DNA from: Batkoa obscura | Taxonomy: Eukaryota | Length of the DNA: 44,840 nt | NCBI GenBank assembly: GCA_030770535.1 | Contig: JASVEC010000126.1 | Span: 1 to 44,840, forward strand | Reading direction: 5' to 3' | In this document: one piece after another, positions 1 through 13,104 of the stretch | How positions within the stretch are numbered: position 1 is the stretch's first letter | How the letters are laid out: each line of letters opens with the position of its first letter | Position numbers and translations under genes: made by a program | The notes under the pieces: model-generated | What the model was told of the DNA's origin: nothing | What the model saw: only the letters and a program-made list of their open reading frames with translations | Database searches by the model: none

Positions 1-1250
1 CTCTTATGTTATAACATTTAATAAACCAAAATACAAATGCTAAATCCTTTTGAAAATATTAACATTGATTAAGAGGTAGCATATATATAGCTGTTTAACA
101 CCAAATATGTAGTTTTTAAAAAAGCTCTTTAGCTGCTACTTATTTGATTGTTTTCCAAAGCCTAAAGTCCTTAGGCTTTATTGAAATTTAATCTAAAAAT
201 CTATGCTTAAATAAACAATTAGCCCTGCTGCACAGTTAAATTTAAATAGATATAAAACAACTATCCAAAAGGAGAATTTTAAGTTGTAATAATAAAATCT
301 ATGAAAATCTATAATGAAAATTAAGCTATTGATGAATGTCGATCATATTGAAATTAAATTTTTATAAAAATTTATAATCAAAAAACATGCCATTCGCAGT
401 CAGCCTTTTGATTGGCTCAACAAGAATAATGTTTTTTTAGGTTGTCCCGACGGCACAAGGAATGGAACAAGGGTTTGATTTCTTCCATATTATTGATTTA
501 TAATAATTGATAATAGAACTGACTATCGCTTTAATTAGTATATTGATTTTTTTAAATAAACATATTATAGTTTAATTATTTCTAAATCAATTCAATATCT
601 CTCTTACCTTAATAATAGTTCCGAAGTTTCCATTAATCTCGTCAGGTTAAACTCATAATTGTTTAAAAAAAATCTTACTAACAGCTATGCTAGGTATTAT
701 GAGACTTACCAATTATATTTCGGCTTTTGAGCTCATCAATTTTTAATTTGCTCCATTAATTGAAACTTAATAATTGAGCCTTTCATTTTCTTCGTAATTT
801 TTATCAATCAGTGTACAAAAAACAAGCAATCCTTAAAGTTTACCCTAAAAAAAATCAAAAAGATAAGCATGAAAGAAATATTGAGCCCACTAAATTTAGT
901 AATATCACCATTAAAAATGAGCTCATTTTTGTCCTGTAAAATGAATTCATGCTTCTTTTAGAAGGATTAGTAATTTAACCAAATTGTAAAATTCAAACTT
1001 TGATTCTCCCCACTCAAATCTATTCTCAATAGCCTATTCTTTTCCTTTTTATTAATATTTTATTTGTATTACTCTTTTGAATTTTAATTAAGCTATATTT
1101 ATTTCTTTAAAGAAAATATATACATTACCATCATATAATTCTATCCTGTAATCGTTATAATTCCAATTCAACTACTCATTCTTCCACTTTAAACAATCAA
1201 AAAAATAAACTTAATTTTTTCACAACTTAATTTCAAATTTACAATAAACA

Positions 1251-3302
1251 ATGGCAGGTATTGAAATAGATGTGAATGGTGATCCAATCTATCGTGCAGT
1301 AGGTATCATCTTAGCTGTATTATCGGGTAATTCAAGTCAAAGCTACATCAATCATTCAGTTACTAATTCATTTGCTCTTAGGCTTATTAATTGGTATAAG
1401 TTTTATCTTAAAGAAAAAAGGATTAATCTCTTCAAGGGTGGAAGGAGAAGGTAGGTTGTCATTATATCATAAAGTTTTGATTATAAATAATTACTTTTTG
1501 AGCATCTATATTTATACTTTTAATTAATAGAAGACGGTCATGGCTATCTAAAATCTACCATGTGGTGGGCTGGTATGATATTGAGTAAGTAATTTAATAA
1601 ATCATTACTGCAAGCCAAATACTTACTCCTTTTATTAGTGGCTTTAGGTGAAGTTACCAACTTTGTAGCTTATATATTAGCACCGGCTGTTTTAGTTACT
1701 CCATTAGGTGCTTTAAGTGTAGTTGTTAGGTATTGATATAAAATATTAACAATATGAATAATGAATGACAAGGCTTGTTTTAGTGCTGTTCTATCTTCTG
1801 TGTTTTTGAAAGAAAGACTTAATTTCCATGGTAAAATTGGATGTATCATTTGTTTATTAGGATCCGTAATTGTAGTACTTCATGCACCAGAGCAAAGTGC
1901 CCCTGGTAAAATCGACCAGTTTATGGAGCTTGCTATTTCTCCGGGTAAAACTAAATTATAAATTTTACTTTTAATAAGACATTAACATATTTAAAATTTA
2001 GGCTTTTTAACATACACTATTTTAGTGATCCTAATATCTATATTTTTAGCTTATAGAATGGCCCCAAAATATGGCAAAAAACATCCCATTATTTATATTT
2101 CTATCTGCTCTTTTATTGGTTCATTATCTGTAGTTACATTGCAAGCAGTAGGTAGTGCCATCATTACCTCAATTTCAGGAGATAATCAATTTACACATTG
2201 GTTTATTTATTTACTGATAGTATTTGTAGTATTGACCATCATAACACAGATCAATTATTTAAATAAAGCATTAAACGAGTTTGTAACAGCAGAAATCACC
2301 CCAATGTATTATGTTACATTTACAACAGCTACGATTGTATCCTCAGCTATCTTATATAAAGGCTTTGCCGCTTCTCCAATCTCTATTGTTACCCTTATTT
2401 TAGCTTTCTTTTGCATCTGTGGCGGAGTTATTATTTTACAAACTTCTAGAATGTATGAAACATTAGCTTTAGAAGAACCTGAAATGAAAGAAAAAGCAAT
2501 CAACATTAATGAAAGTCAAATAGAAGAAAACAATAATAATAGCAACAATTCCTCTAGACCAACAGGTACAATCAGTAACTTAACAGCAAACATTATAAGA
2601 AATGAAAATGATCCAAGTACACATACAAGTTATACATTAACCTCACCAGAAAATTTAGAAGGTACGGAAAGCATTAAAGTAGATTCTAATCGTATGCCTA
2701 CCCCACATCCAAAAAATTCTAGCTTACCAGTTCACATCCAACGTACTATACGACCTCAAGCATCACGAACTTCTACCATGACAGTGGATTCAGGAAAATC
2801 TATGTTAGTTAAATTGAGCAACTTAATCCACCCAGAAAAAGACGATCATTTAAAAAAGCGAACTTTGTTTACAGATGAGCAGTTGGAAGCTTCAAGTTTA
2901 TATAGAAAACCTTCAATTACTAAATTTAATAATGATGCTTTACCTGGATTGTCTCCTGGGTGCGGATTAGCAAGTAATTCAACGGTGGGAATGGATTCAG
3001 GTAGTGTTGGGGACATGGAAGAAGTTGGGAATAGAGTGCAAGAAAATAGTCCAAATTCTTTAATGAAAAATTTGATACGTACAGTATCTAATCCTACTAT
3101 TAGAACAAGATTGAGGTCCAAATCAAATCCAAGTAGACCATTGTCACAGTTTTCAATAGATGGGGCAGTAAATCCTAAATATGCTAGAGGAAAGAATATC
3201 ATAGTCATAAATGAGGAGCCAGAGCAGATGGATAATACAGGAGCAACGATGTCACCTACGGAAATGTCGCCTACCGCTAGTTCATTCCAAAGGAGGAACT
3301 GA
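1251..3302 (+). CDS. NIPA-family magnesium transporter, 6 exons, long Ser/Asn-rich C-terminal tail
   Basis: Exons 1251-1326, 1382-1450, 1531-1584, 1639-1729, 1784-1944, 2002-3302 join through GT-AG introns in frame. The product contains GIILAVLSGLLIGISFILKKKGL, GHGYLKSTMWWAGMILMALGEVTNFVAY, APAVLVTPLGALSVVVSAVLSSVFLKE, QINYLNKALN and PMYYVTFTT, which are typical NIPA motifs. Confidence 0.93.
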
Positions 3303-3688
3303 ATTTAAAGCTGAAGTTTATTAATTATTTAACTAATAAGGGAGGAGACTATGGATAATGTTGAGGCTTGAAAAAGTATAAGAAAATGTACTGAGTTGAG
3401 CATGGCATTCTCCCGCTTATACTTTTTTCTTCTATTTTTGTTTTACTAAAAAAATTTAATATCATCTGGCGTATTATTATAATTATATTAAAATAAAAAC
3501 TTTTTTTAATTTTTTTTAAAACTTTTATTATTCGCAATAAGTTAAAAGGCTCTGTAATATTAATTTATTGTTATTAGCATAAAATGATAAAACTTTTCTT
3601 ATAATATGGGCAAGTTTAAAATCCTACTCAAAGTTAAGTTCTAAATGAAATTCATAGTGTTACTTAAAGTTAAATGAAAGCAATATTT

Positions 3689-3784
3689 GTGGGTGTTTTT
3701 TTGGCTTCATTACTTTTCTATTTTTAAGCACTATTTGAATGGAAAAATTATTGGTAAAATTCTTAAACGCAAAAAAACATCCCC
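3689..3784. mobile_element. ~97-bp MITE, copy 1
   Basis: Ends GTGGGTG...CATCCCC. Flanked by ATTT on both sides (3685-3688, 3785-3788). Internal sequence matches the other copies. Confidence 0.85.
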
Positions 3785-3976
3785 ATTTTTTGATGTTCTG
3801 TTCTATTTGAAGAATCAAATATAATAAAATTCAGTCTTAGGTTTAAACAAAAAAGCTGGTAAGTAATACACCATAGGTAATTTTGTTGCCATGGCTATAT
3901 TCAAAAAGCAACTATATATTCTTATAGCTACTTATTGTATTGATCATATCCTGTAAAAGTACAAAACAAAACATAT

Positions 3977-4073
3977 GGGGATGTATTTTTGTGTTTAAGA
4001 ATTTTACTAATAATTTTTCTGCTCAATTAGTGCTTAAAAATAGAAAAAGTAGTGAAGCCAAAAAAACACTCAC
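3977..4073. mobile_element. ~97-bp MITE, copy 2 (inverted relative to copy 1)
   Basis: Ends GGGGATG...CACTCAC, flanked by ATAT/ATAT. Confidence 0.85.
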
Positions 4074-4358
4074 ATATTATTGCTATTATTTACTTATAAT
4101 CAATTTATAGACAAAAGAAGAGATAACATGTTGATCTGCCCTATCATGTTAGTTGGTTTAAACCATATTGGTTGTAATAATAGGTTGTCAGATTTGAAAA
4201 CATTTTTGAAAGATAAACTACTGCAATATCTCAAACCAAATCAATCAAAGATTACTTTAAGTGCTATTCAATTAATCATGACGTTATTAAATGAATTAAA
4301 AGGAAGTATCTTAGCACTCTATCTTATTACTTTTCTAATCTATATAGCTATTCCATAT

Positions 4359-4454
4359 GAGGCTGTTTTTTTAGTTTCATTATTTTTCCTTTTTTTAAGC
4401 GCTATCTGAGTGGAAAGATTATAGTAAAATTCTTAAACAAAAAAACACATCCCC
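4359..4454. mobile_element. ~97-bp MITE, copy 3
   Basis: Ends GAGGCTG...CATCCCC, flanked by ATAT/ATGT, with the central TTAAGCGCTAT core. Confidence 0.85.
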
Positions 4455-4505
4455 ATGTTATTAGGTTTACACTTAGATTATAAAAATAACAGCGAAAGAA
4501 AGTAG

Positions 4506-4823
4506 TGTTATTCAGTAGCAGTACTTTTAGTTTCTATTGGTGACCCTTATATTAACTTACAATTTAATACTCACGACTTATGGAAAAGGGAGAATACAAT
4601 ATTAAAATTAAGTGAGAATAAAGCAGCTAAATTAGCAATTGAAATAACCTTGTTAACTTATTCCAACTATTGCTACAAATGTGGTGTGTTCTTTAAGCAC
4701 CTTTTTGACTGTGTATTGCACATTAATTCATCAAACATAAACAACTCAAAAGTATCAGAAATTATTCATTCATTAAAAATTTTATTAAATCGTAGCACCA
4801 AAATAACTTTAAATTTGAAATGA
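4506..4823 (+). pseudogene. Possible decayed gene fragment with a degenerate C2H2-like motif
   Basis: About 105 stop-free codons with no ATG in AT-rich DNA, containing YCYKCGVFFKHLFDCVLHINSS. Lies just downstream of three MITE insertions. Confidence 0.3.
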
Positions 4824-5374
4824 TCAAGGAAGGAATATCGAATGAGCAATTTTATATTGGTATTAGCATACTTATTGATCATATTAAAATTATTCATCAT
4901 TTTACTTGGTCAATTATAATATTAAATGTTTAACACTGTATGATAACAAAGAGTCTTTACTTTCTAAATGTATAAGCGATAGACCAAAAGATATTCATGT
5001 TTTAGAAAATAAGATTCAATCCTTTATCCTCCATAGTTCTAATTTAAAGCTGGAATACTACATTTCTCTTCGATTTTTTGCTTTCTTAGTATTCTATAAT
5101 TATAATGATAGAGTATTCAATCTATAAAATCATAAAGTTCTAAAGTTGTTAATAATTTTTTTTAGATTGGCTTTGATACAATTTAATAATTTTATACACT
5201 CAAGTTCAAATTAAAAAAAGTATTATTTTTTGTTTATCTTTCATTTATAAAATTAGTAAAATATCAAAAAAATATTCAATATTAAGCTTTAATTTATTTA
5301 TACATGTTTAATTTCTTATTTATAAATTAAATTGAAAAGTTCTATAAAACCTATATATTATATATTTCTTATTT

Positions 5375-7738
5375 TCACTCTTTCAAATCCTTTACTATCA
5401 ACAGACCATTATTAGTTGTAGTAGCAACTAAAAATGGCTTATTTTTATTCTGACACCATATAACAGTATTAAAATATAACTTAGTTAAAAAATGGGGTTG
5501 AGTATTTTTTAATAATTTTAAATGATACTTTTCATTTTTTAATAAATCCTAACAAATAAATAAACAAATAAATAATATTAAAACTATGTCATTTTACCTT
5601 AGGTATCTCTTTTAATAAGGATAACTGTAACTCTTCGTTTTCGTCTTCTTGTTCCACTTTCACTATACTTACCTCTGAAAATGCCTAAAACAAAATTAAA
5701 AAATAAGATCAATTAACTATTAAAAAATCAAAGCTTCGACTTACCCTATCTCCCCTAGTATTCATACCCCAACACATAAACAAATCCAGCGTGCCTTGAA
5801 ATGTAGTTGTGGCCGTTAAATGATGATATTGACTAGCTAAATACTTAACCGCTGGTGATTTTGGATATGTGTTACATTTATATAATTTACAGCTTAAATC
5901 TAAATCCATAAAATGTAGCCATTTTATACCTCCTTGTTGATCTGAAAATAAGACATACTGTTGATTGTCATAAACAATAGTAGTAGCATTGTTGGGTGCT
6001 GTTCTTGATGTATGTAATTTAAATTTCTTTTCATAATCATTAAGTGATTGAATCATTGCTTTGCCATCGTATGAAAATGTGAATAGGTATTTATTGCATA
6101 ATAAAGTAATGTAGGAGATTGGGGAATGATGAGGTTGGGCAATAAACTTTGGTATTTTATTAATATTGTTTTGATTTAAAATGCAGTCTGTTAAATCATA
6201 ATTGATAATATTCCCTTGTAAACTAATAGCTATTAAAAGGTTATTACTGAACAGTTCAAAATTATTATATAAAATTTCTGGGTGTTTTAAAATTCCTATA
6301 ATATTTTTTGACTCATCTGTTAGTTCAATATGCATAATTTCTTCTTCTTCTTTTATTTTTGGTATTTCAAATAGTCTTATTTTACCATCTTCTCCATTAA
6401 CTACCAAACAACCTAAACTAATACTATTTTCAATATTGATTTTATCCATATTGATATTCCACCACTTCAACTTTAACAGAACACTAAAATTATGCCGAAT
6501 ATTAATAATTAACTTCATTTTCTTTAAGTCCCAAATTTGGATCCAACCTTTTTTATTATCAAAATTAAATTCCATCTTTAATTCACTACCCTTATCTTTT
6601 GAACTACCTGCTACTGCTAAATACTGCCCGCTATAGTCAAAATCAATCCAATAACTACTCAAATTAATATTAAATATTTTGTACCCATTAACTTCCATAC
6701 CATCATATGATTTCAGTTCATACTTTTCTTCTTCGATTCTTAATTTAATATTATCTGATTGAAACATTTGCTCATACTCTCCTTCTTTTACTTCCAAAAC
6801 ATCATATTCCCTTCTTCGAAAATAAATACTGTCAACTAATTTAGGATCACTTATCTCGCTTTCTTCTTTATTTTGAATAAGTTCAAATGTTTTTGGCATC
6901 TTTTGTTTTAATTTATTCTTTTTAGTAGTTGGAAAATTACTCTTAATTTTTTTACTATTCATTGTGGTTTTCTTTTTAACTATCGCTTCTTCTTTATCTA
7001 TTTCATCTTCAGCTACTTCGTCATTATCTATATATTTTTCTTCACTTTCTATTCCATTATCTATATACTCTTCTTCACTGCTTTCATCTCTCTTTCTAGT
7101 TTGTTTTTTGCCTCTTTTTGATTCTGTATTTGTCTCTTTTTTACCCTTTCTTTTTTTAGTTGTAATAGTTTCTGAACCGGATTCTTGTTCCTTTATTTTA
7201 ATTTAACATCTATTTATTCTAATAAGCTCAAAGTAATATTACCTTTTGAATACACTCATCTGTTATAATTTGCGATTCTATCAATTCTTCTTTTACATCA
7301 TTAACAATTTCTTTGCAACTGACTACAGTATCTTTTGTTTTCTTTGTAAAATAATCCTTGATCGAGCTCTTTTTATCTGTTACAGTAGCTGTTGATCAAA
7401 TATAAATATTAATTAAATAACATAAATAACTCTAAGCTTACTTTTCTTTACAATAACTTTTTTAGGTTTTCTGCTAGTTTTCTTGACAACAGTTAACTCT
7501 TGTTCGCTATCCACATTATCTATATATTATATTAACACATTTTTTCATTTGATCCCCAAGTCTCCTTACCTACTCCATCCGTCTCCCCTTCTAGTGTTGC
7601 CTCGTCCACAGTCTCATCCCCATCCACTTGTTCAATATTCGCTTTACTTTTTCCTAAAATGACTTCCCCATCTTCGTTGGTAGTAAAAACATAATTATTG
7701 GAAGTCTTTGCTTTTCTGGGAGGGTTTTTACGTGCCAT
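5375..7738 (-). CDS. WD40 protein resembling TFIIIC subunit Tfc6/Sfc6/GTF3C2, with a charged low-complexity N-terminus, 6 exons
   Basis: Exons 7738-7570, 7519-7442, 7388-7243, 7190-5745, 5684-5598, 5548-5375 join in frame (intron 3 uses an AAG acceptor). Motifs QYLAVAG, WIQIWDL, LKWW, LGCLVVNGEDGKIRLFEIP and the C-terminal IWCQNKNKPFLVATTTNNGLLIV resemble Tfc6-family proteins. The subunit assignment is by recall. Confidence 0.72.
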
Positions 7739-8130
7739 TTAAAGATTGCTTTTGAAAAAAGGAGCTTATGACACTTTTTCAAAAAAAGTTAATGACATTT
7801 TAAATAATGTCGATGCTTTTATTGGTTGGAGATTAGCTATGGCTTAGAAGGAATTTACAATAGATAAAGAAGGTACGTTAACTTGAATTCAGTGTGGGAT
7901 ATAGTAAAACTGGATAATGACTTTAGTTAATAATTAGAGTATATATTCAGCCTTTATAATAAATTTATGATCCTTACGTTATTACTTTTATCTTACCTTT
8001 CACTCTGATATTGACTTTCTAATTTCATTCACTTTATTTTTTCAGGGACAAAATTAAGCACCAAAAAAAATAAACTTCAAAACTCTTATCAATTTTTCAT
8101 TTCTATTCTTTTATAAAAAAACTTAAAAAA

Positions 8131-8901
8131 ATGAGTGGACCAGCCAGCAATTCGATAGCTCAAAGATTAATGACTAAAGTAAAATCCAAAGAATTTCGTG
8201 AGTATCTATGCAGGTAAATAAACCATTAGTAATACTGTTATCCATTCTCATTGATAATTAATCTTTATCTTTAGTACTGTAAGTAGAACATGTACTCTTT
8301 TATAAAAAAATATAAACTTATTATTTTATTCTATTTTTAAAACCTTAAATAGCATTTCTGGGGACCTGGTAAGTCCATGATCCTCAATAACATAAATTAT
8401 TTACTAAATTTTATTTTTTAGTCGCTAACTGGGGTATTCCAATTGCTGCTTTGAATGATTTAAATAAAGACCCAGAATTAATCTCTGGTAAAATGACTAC
8501 AGGTAAGTGTTGAATTTGTTGAACCCTTTATTAACTCTATCAACTCTATCAGCCTATCCAAACTAGCTGTTTTTAATTTTAATTTGTATTTTGTTTTATT
8601 TTGTTCGATTAAGAATAAGTTGGCAGCCCAATATAACTAATTTATCTCCATTTCTCTAGCCCTTTGCCTTTACTCCGCTGTCTTTATGCGTTTTGCATGG
8701 ATGGTCGAACCAAGAAATATGTTGTTATTTGCTTGCCATGCCACCAATGAAGTAGCCCAATTAACTCAAGCTTATCGATTTGTAGATTATCATTATCTTG
8801 GTGAAAAAGCAAAGAAAACATTAACACCACCGGTTGGATTTGAAGATATCAACAAGAAGGTAGATTCACCTGCTGGATTAGAGAAAGGGAAGGGACAATA
8901 G
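8131..8901 (+). CDS. MPC1: Mitochondrial pyruvate carrier 1, 5 exons
   Basis: Exons 8131-8213, 8275-8278, 8353-8368, 8422-8502, 8660-8901 give [81 protein letters not shown], the MPC1 signature. Confidence 0.96.
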
Positions 8902-9405
8902 GTGATTAAGTAAAAGACATTTTTTGATAATAATACGTTATATGATGAATACTTTAATTTTTAATTTTTGAATGCGGAATTTTTTAAGAGTTGTTTTCAA
9001 AAATAAATATAGTAGGTTTCTTTATATGTAAATAATGGATTGCTTTTTATTTAATTATTAACAGTTATTTGTCATATTGAAAATTAAAGCCCAGAGTATA
9101 AATTTTAGTTCAAGATATTACAATAATATTTAATATTTTAATCGTTCTTTTAGATGCATCCTATTAATAATAATACACTATATATACATGAAAACACATT
9201 GCTTAAAACGAATTTCATAATATCATTTTTATACATTTACATAAAGCTATATCTACTAATATTTAAACTTATAACTAAGTTTTTAGAGATAAAACTTGAT
9301 CTTTTGATTTTCGTTTTAATTGCTAACCAAAAAAAATAGCTTCTAAAATTTCTATTTTTCAAAATTAATCTTTAATTTTTTTATAATTTCAATCTTAAAA
9401 CGAAA

Positions 9406-9615
9406 ATGCAGCTCAAAAAAAATAAGTCACCACCAGTAGCCCCTAGCATAGGCTCCACTATCCTCACTATAATTACTAATCAATTACTTTTTCCTTTTCT
9501 TTCTGGCTTTGGTTGGGGTATGTTTATTAATTTAATCGCTTGTTTGGGTATTGGTACTCGATTTTTATATCCTAAAAGTATGGCAATGAGTAGAGCTATC
9601 GGGAAGAGGTATTAG
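9406..9615 (+). CDS. Small membrane protein, possibly Mim1/Tom13-like
   Basis: 69 aa, AAAATG start context, GC above the flanks. NQLLFPFLSGFGWG...LGIGTRFLYP loosely resembles the Mim1 pattern INLxLPFxNGxMLGFGE...LGWxxTKxxP. Confidence 0.45.
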   Translation: MQLKKNKSPPVAPSIGSTILTIITNQLLFPFLSGFGWGMFINLIACLGIGTRFLYPKSMAMSRAIGKRY

Positions 9616-10193
9616 ATCAAAAGGGATAGCTAGGTTTGGTTTAAGGCGTATTGTTTTTTTAGATATTAATATATCAATAGTATCTAGAGTTAGAGCTTAT
9701 ATAAACGAATTTTTTTGTATGGTGATTGAGTAGAGCAGATGTCAGTTTTGATCCTATTTATAAAAAAAAGTATTAAATCGTGTTTTTTGATCCTTTGATG
9801 TCATTTCTATTAAAACTTATTTTGAATTCAAACGACAAAATTAAATCTATATTAACATTCCCTCAAAGTATCATCTTCATTTATAAATCTTTTGCCTTCA
9901 ATTCTTTTTAAAGTCTAAATTTGATAGAAAAATAGTACTATGTGCCATTGACTTTCTACTCAATACCTCCTTTGTTTCTTTAAATTGTTATCTTAGTATT
10001 TTTACAGTCATTCTTGTTAACAGTATTCTTTTTACATTTTTTTTATAAACCCACTTAACTGATAGGTATGATATTTCAAACTTAAACAAACTAATTAACA
10101 ATAATAATAATAATTTATCAAATATTAGTTATAAAAAATATAACAAGTAACCAAAAAATAATTTTATAAATGATAATTTAATAAATGCATCTC

Positions 10194-10442
10194 TTATTTA
10201 CATTTTAATGATGATGGCAAGGAACCACATCCATCATTGGCACAAGAACATATAACCATATCATTATTTAAAGAGCAAATAAGACCATTGGGGTTAGAAG
10301 CGACAGTTATAACTTTAGTACAGCTTACTTTACAGGTAAAATTCTGTTCCTTTATACCACGGCTGGGAAAATAAGACACTTTACAAGTAGAGAGTACTCC
10401 AGTAATTAAAACTAAATGGTAAATAATGGTGTTTGGTTTCAT
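10194..10442 (-). CDS. Small secreted cysteine-rich protein (8 Cys), defensin/CS-alpha-beta-like spacing
   Basis: Hydrophobic N-terminus ending VLS-T. Cys at 20, 37, 41, 56, 65, 67, 72, 81. TATAAAA about 80 bp upstream on the minus strand. Confidence 0.75.
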   Translation of the reverse strand: MKPNTIIYHLVLITGVLSTCKVSYFPSRGIKEQNFTCKVSCTKVITVASNPNGLICSLNNDMVICSCANDGCGSLPSSLKCK

Positions 10443-10517
10443 TTTTCCAAAACAGTAATAACAACCTGATATCTAAATAAAGAAGTTGTTTTTGTTTCTG
10501 TACAAAAGTCGATTTGC

Positions 10518-10524
10518 TTTTATA
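10518..10524 (-). promoter_or_regulatory. Putative TATA box of the Cys-rich peptide gene
   Basis: AGTATAAAAGC on the minus strand upstream of ATG 10442. AT-rich background weakens the call. Confidence 0.4.
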
Positions 10525-11194
10525 CTTTATTTTCAGTCATTTTAATTAGATCATGTACACGAGCATAAAAGCTGATATTTTAGTATCTTCCCCAAAAAAT
10601 TGGAAAATGTGTACAGTTTAAAAAGGTTTTAGCATCACGTTTTGAAGAGTTTCAAAAAAATATAATCAACTTTCATTAAAAAAATGCCAATTTATATAAA
10701 GGTCAAAATTATTAAGTACTTTTGATTAACTAAAGCACAGAATAAAGTAAAATGACAGTTTTAAAAAATTAGATTATATAATTGCTATTCCATTTTTAAA
10801 CTATTGTCATTTTATCAAAGAGACTCGTTAAACACGTAATAAACCTTTTATCTTACTCAATAGATATTTTTCAAATTTTTAAAAACTAAGGAAAAAATGA
10901 ATAACATTCTTTAAAACTGACATAAAACTACCAGTCTATTAGCTGCTAATTGTATTTGCTTTTAGAATCAACTAGCATTTTTCAATTTAAAATTTGTTAG
11001 AATATCAATCTCTTAGTCAATAGTATAATAATCGGATTGATAGGTCTAATGATTATTCAATAAAAAATTTATTTTATAGCAAATAAGTCTCGTCTTTCCA
11101 ATCGCCCCCCTCAAGAACACATTAAATAAATAATATGATACCTTTTTTACAGTAATAAATAAATATTTCGTTAACATCTCGATTTCTTTACATT

Positions 11195-13104
11195 TTAGCT
11201 AATTATCTCATTGATAGATAATAATAATGTATCCTCAATTTCAAAATTTCTCAAATTTTCTTTAACAAATTGAATTGTACTCTTTGAATCTAACCTTTCA
11301 CTTTTCAATTTAGAATCACAGGTAGCCTTCAACATTTTTAATAATTTCAGTACATAAGCCTTTGCTTCAACTATCAACTTTTTACCAAACCCCTGGCTCA
11401 ACAACCATCTTTCTTCACTAATAAATGATAAATAAACGTACACTACATACATAGTTGAAGTATAATATGGAGCTTTATAATTAAAATGAAATTCGTTGTT
11501 GATGGCTAGTTCATTATAATTACTTTTACTAGTGGTTTGACTTTTGTTTTTCTGCTGAATATTATTTTGTTTGATTGTTAAAAAAAACTCTGCCACAAAT
11601 TGAGCTGATTTATATAAGATTAGAGCTTCATTGATGGGAAATCTTTTTGGTTTTGGAAACACTAGTACTGAAGGGTAATATAAGTATATTAACACTAAAT
11701 GGGTATAAGCATTTAAGTGATAGTTGAAGATATTTGATTCATAATAATGTTGTATCGTTTTCTTACTTTCTATTTGTTTTTTTAATTCCATTTTTTTTAC
11801 TGTTTCAAACAAAGATGGATTATACATTAATTGGCTGGTTAGACTAGTTAATACTGTGTTAAACTTTTCTTTTGGTAATTGTAATTCGCAATCGGATATT
11901 TCGTGTATTTTATTTAATCTTGAATAGCTTAATTTAACCTTTTGAATGTGTGATACAACTTCAGTGAGTGACTCTGTCACTGTCTTTTCAATATATACTT
12001 TTTCATTGTTTTTAGATAAAAAGATAGTGTCCATCTCCAAGCTATTCAGCTCATAAGTTTTATGCATTTGCGAATTATTATTGACATCAGGCAACTTGAT
12101 TCCCATGGGTTTAAAGTTGGCGCCAAGGCTTGACATATTTGGAAACATTGTCAGAAAAGAATAATAAACCAACGATAATGAGTTCCATAATTTCACAATC
12201 CTTCCCCTTTTCTCTGATTCTATCTTATTCGCCTCCTCCTTTTCTTTATCATGTCTTAACCTCTTTTTATCACTTTCCTCCATCTCTTCTACTATTTTAT
12301 CGTACCCTAATGCTTGTGCCATTCTTACAGCTGAGCTAAAGTAGCGTGCACTTCCTACTGGATCTGGTATATAAACTGAAATAAAGCACAAAAAGAGTAA
12401 GCTAATTACACCATTAAATGATGGATTAGCATAAACCTCCGCCAAACCTTCTTTAGCTTTTTTCAAGTTGTTTTTATAAATCCGTTGTGTCAATGTACTA
12501 TTGTTCGAACCTGTGAAGTAAGCCAATAAAGCTAAAAAGGCATAAGAAGGCATACCAGGCTTAGAGTTGATTAGTAAAGCGTTGACTTCTTCGCAAGTAT
12601 ACCACATGTTATATAAATCAATATACTTTAAATAAATAGTAGTGCCGTTTTGTAAAAAAGTACCATATCCAGTGGTTGGTTGCTTCGATAAAGTAATTGG
12701 TTCTATAATATGTGAAAAGTTGCCATTGTTGTTGAGGAAATTCAGTTCTTGTTTATAAGTGACTATCAATAATTCAATGTAATCGTAGTCTTCGACCACT
12801 GATAAGGTTTCTTGTTGTAGTCCAATTAATATCTCGACGCACCAGGCTAAATATTCTTCAATATAGTTTTAGTTCTTTGAGTAGTTTTTCTAATATGGCT
12901 ATTTACTGTGATATACTGATAAGTGAGATGGGCTAACAGTTTTGAGTTGTTGTAAACAGGCTATCGTTTTCATTATATTACGCTCTAAAGCATCCACACG
13001 CTGATGCCTTTTATTCATTTTACTACGTGGTTTTACTATGGATTGAAGGTTAGTATACATCAATCATAATAATAAAACTGTTTACTTTTTGGCACTGTAT
13101 CCAT
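11195..13104 (-). CDS. Fungal transcription-factor middle-homology-region (MHR) protein without Zn2Cys6 domain, paralog A, 3 exons
   Basis: Exons 13104-13086, 13035-12907, 12855-11195. N-terminus MDTVPKIKPRSKMNKRHQRVDALERN. MHR-like segments NPSFNGVISLLFL, ARYFSSAVRMAQALGY and EKRGRIVKLWNSL. Confidence 0.75.

Noticed and set aside
387..503. Tiny spliced ORF MPFA/VVPTAQGMEQGFDFFHIIDL or a structured RNA in a GC-richer patch
   Set aside because: Weak donor, only ~24 aa, and no recognisable family or RNA motif.
2309..3208. Antisense ORFs over NIPA (likewise 6202-6636, 6964-7206, 12130-12339, 20635-20892, 37997-38485, 40365-40568)
   Set aside because: Shadow frames of well-supported genes on the opposite strand.
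3685..4458. CRISPR-like repeat/spacer pattern
   Set aside because: Eukaryotic context, ~97-bp units in alternating orientation, irregular spacing and target duplications indicate MITEs.
8503..8659. snoRNA in the unusually long MPC1 intron 4
   Set aside because: No C/D or H/ACA box arrangement recognised.
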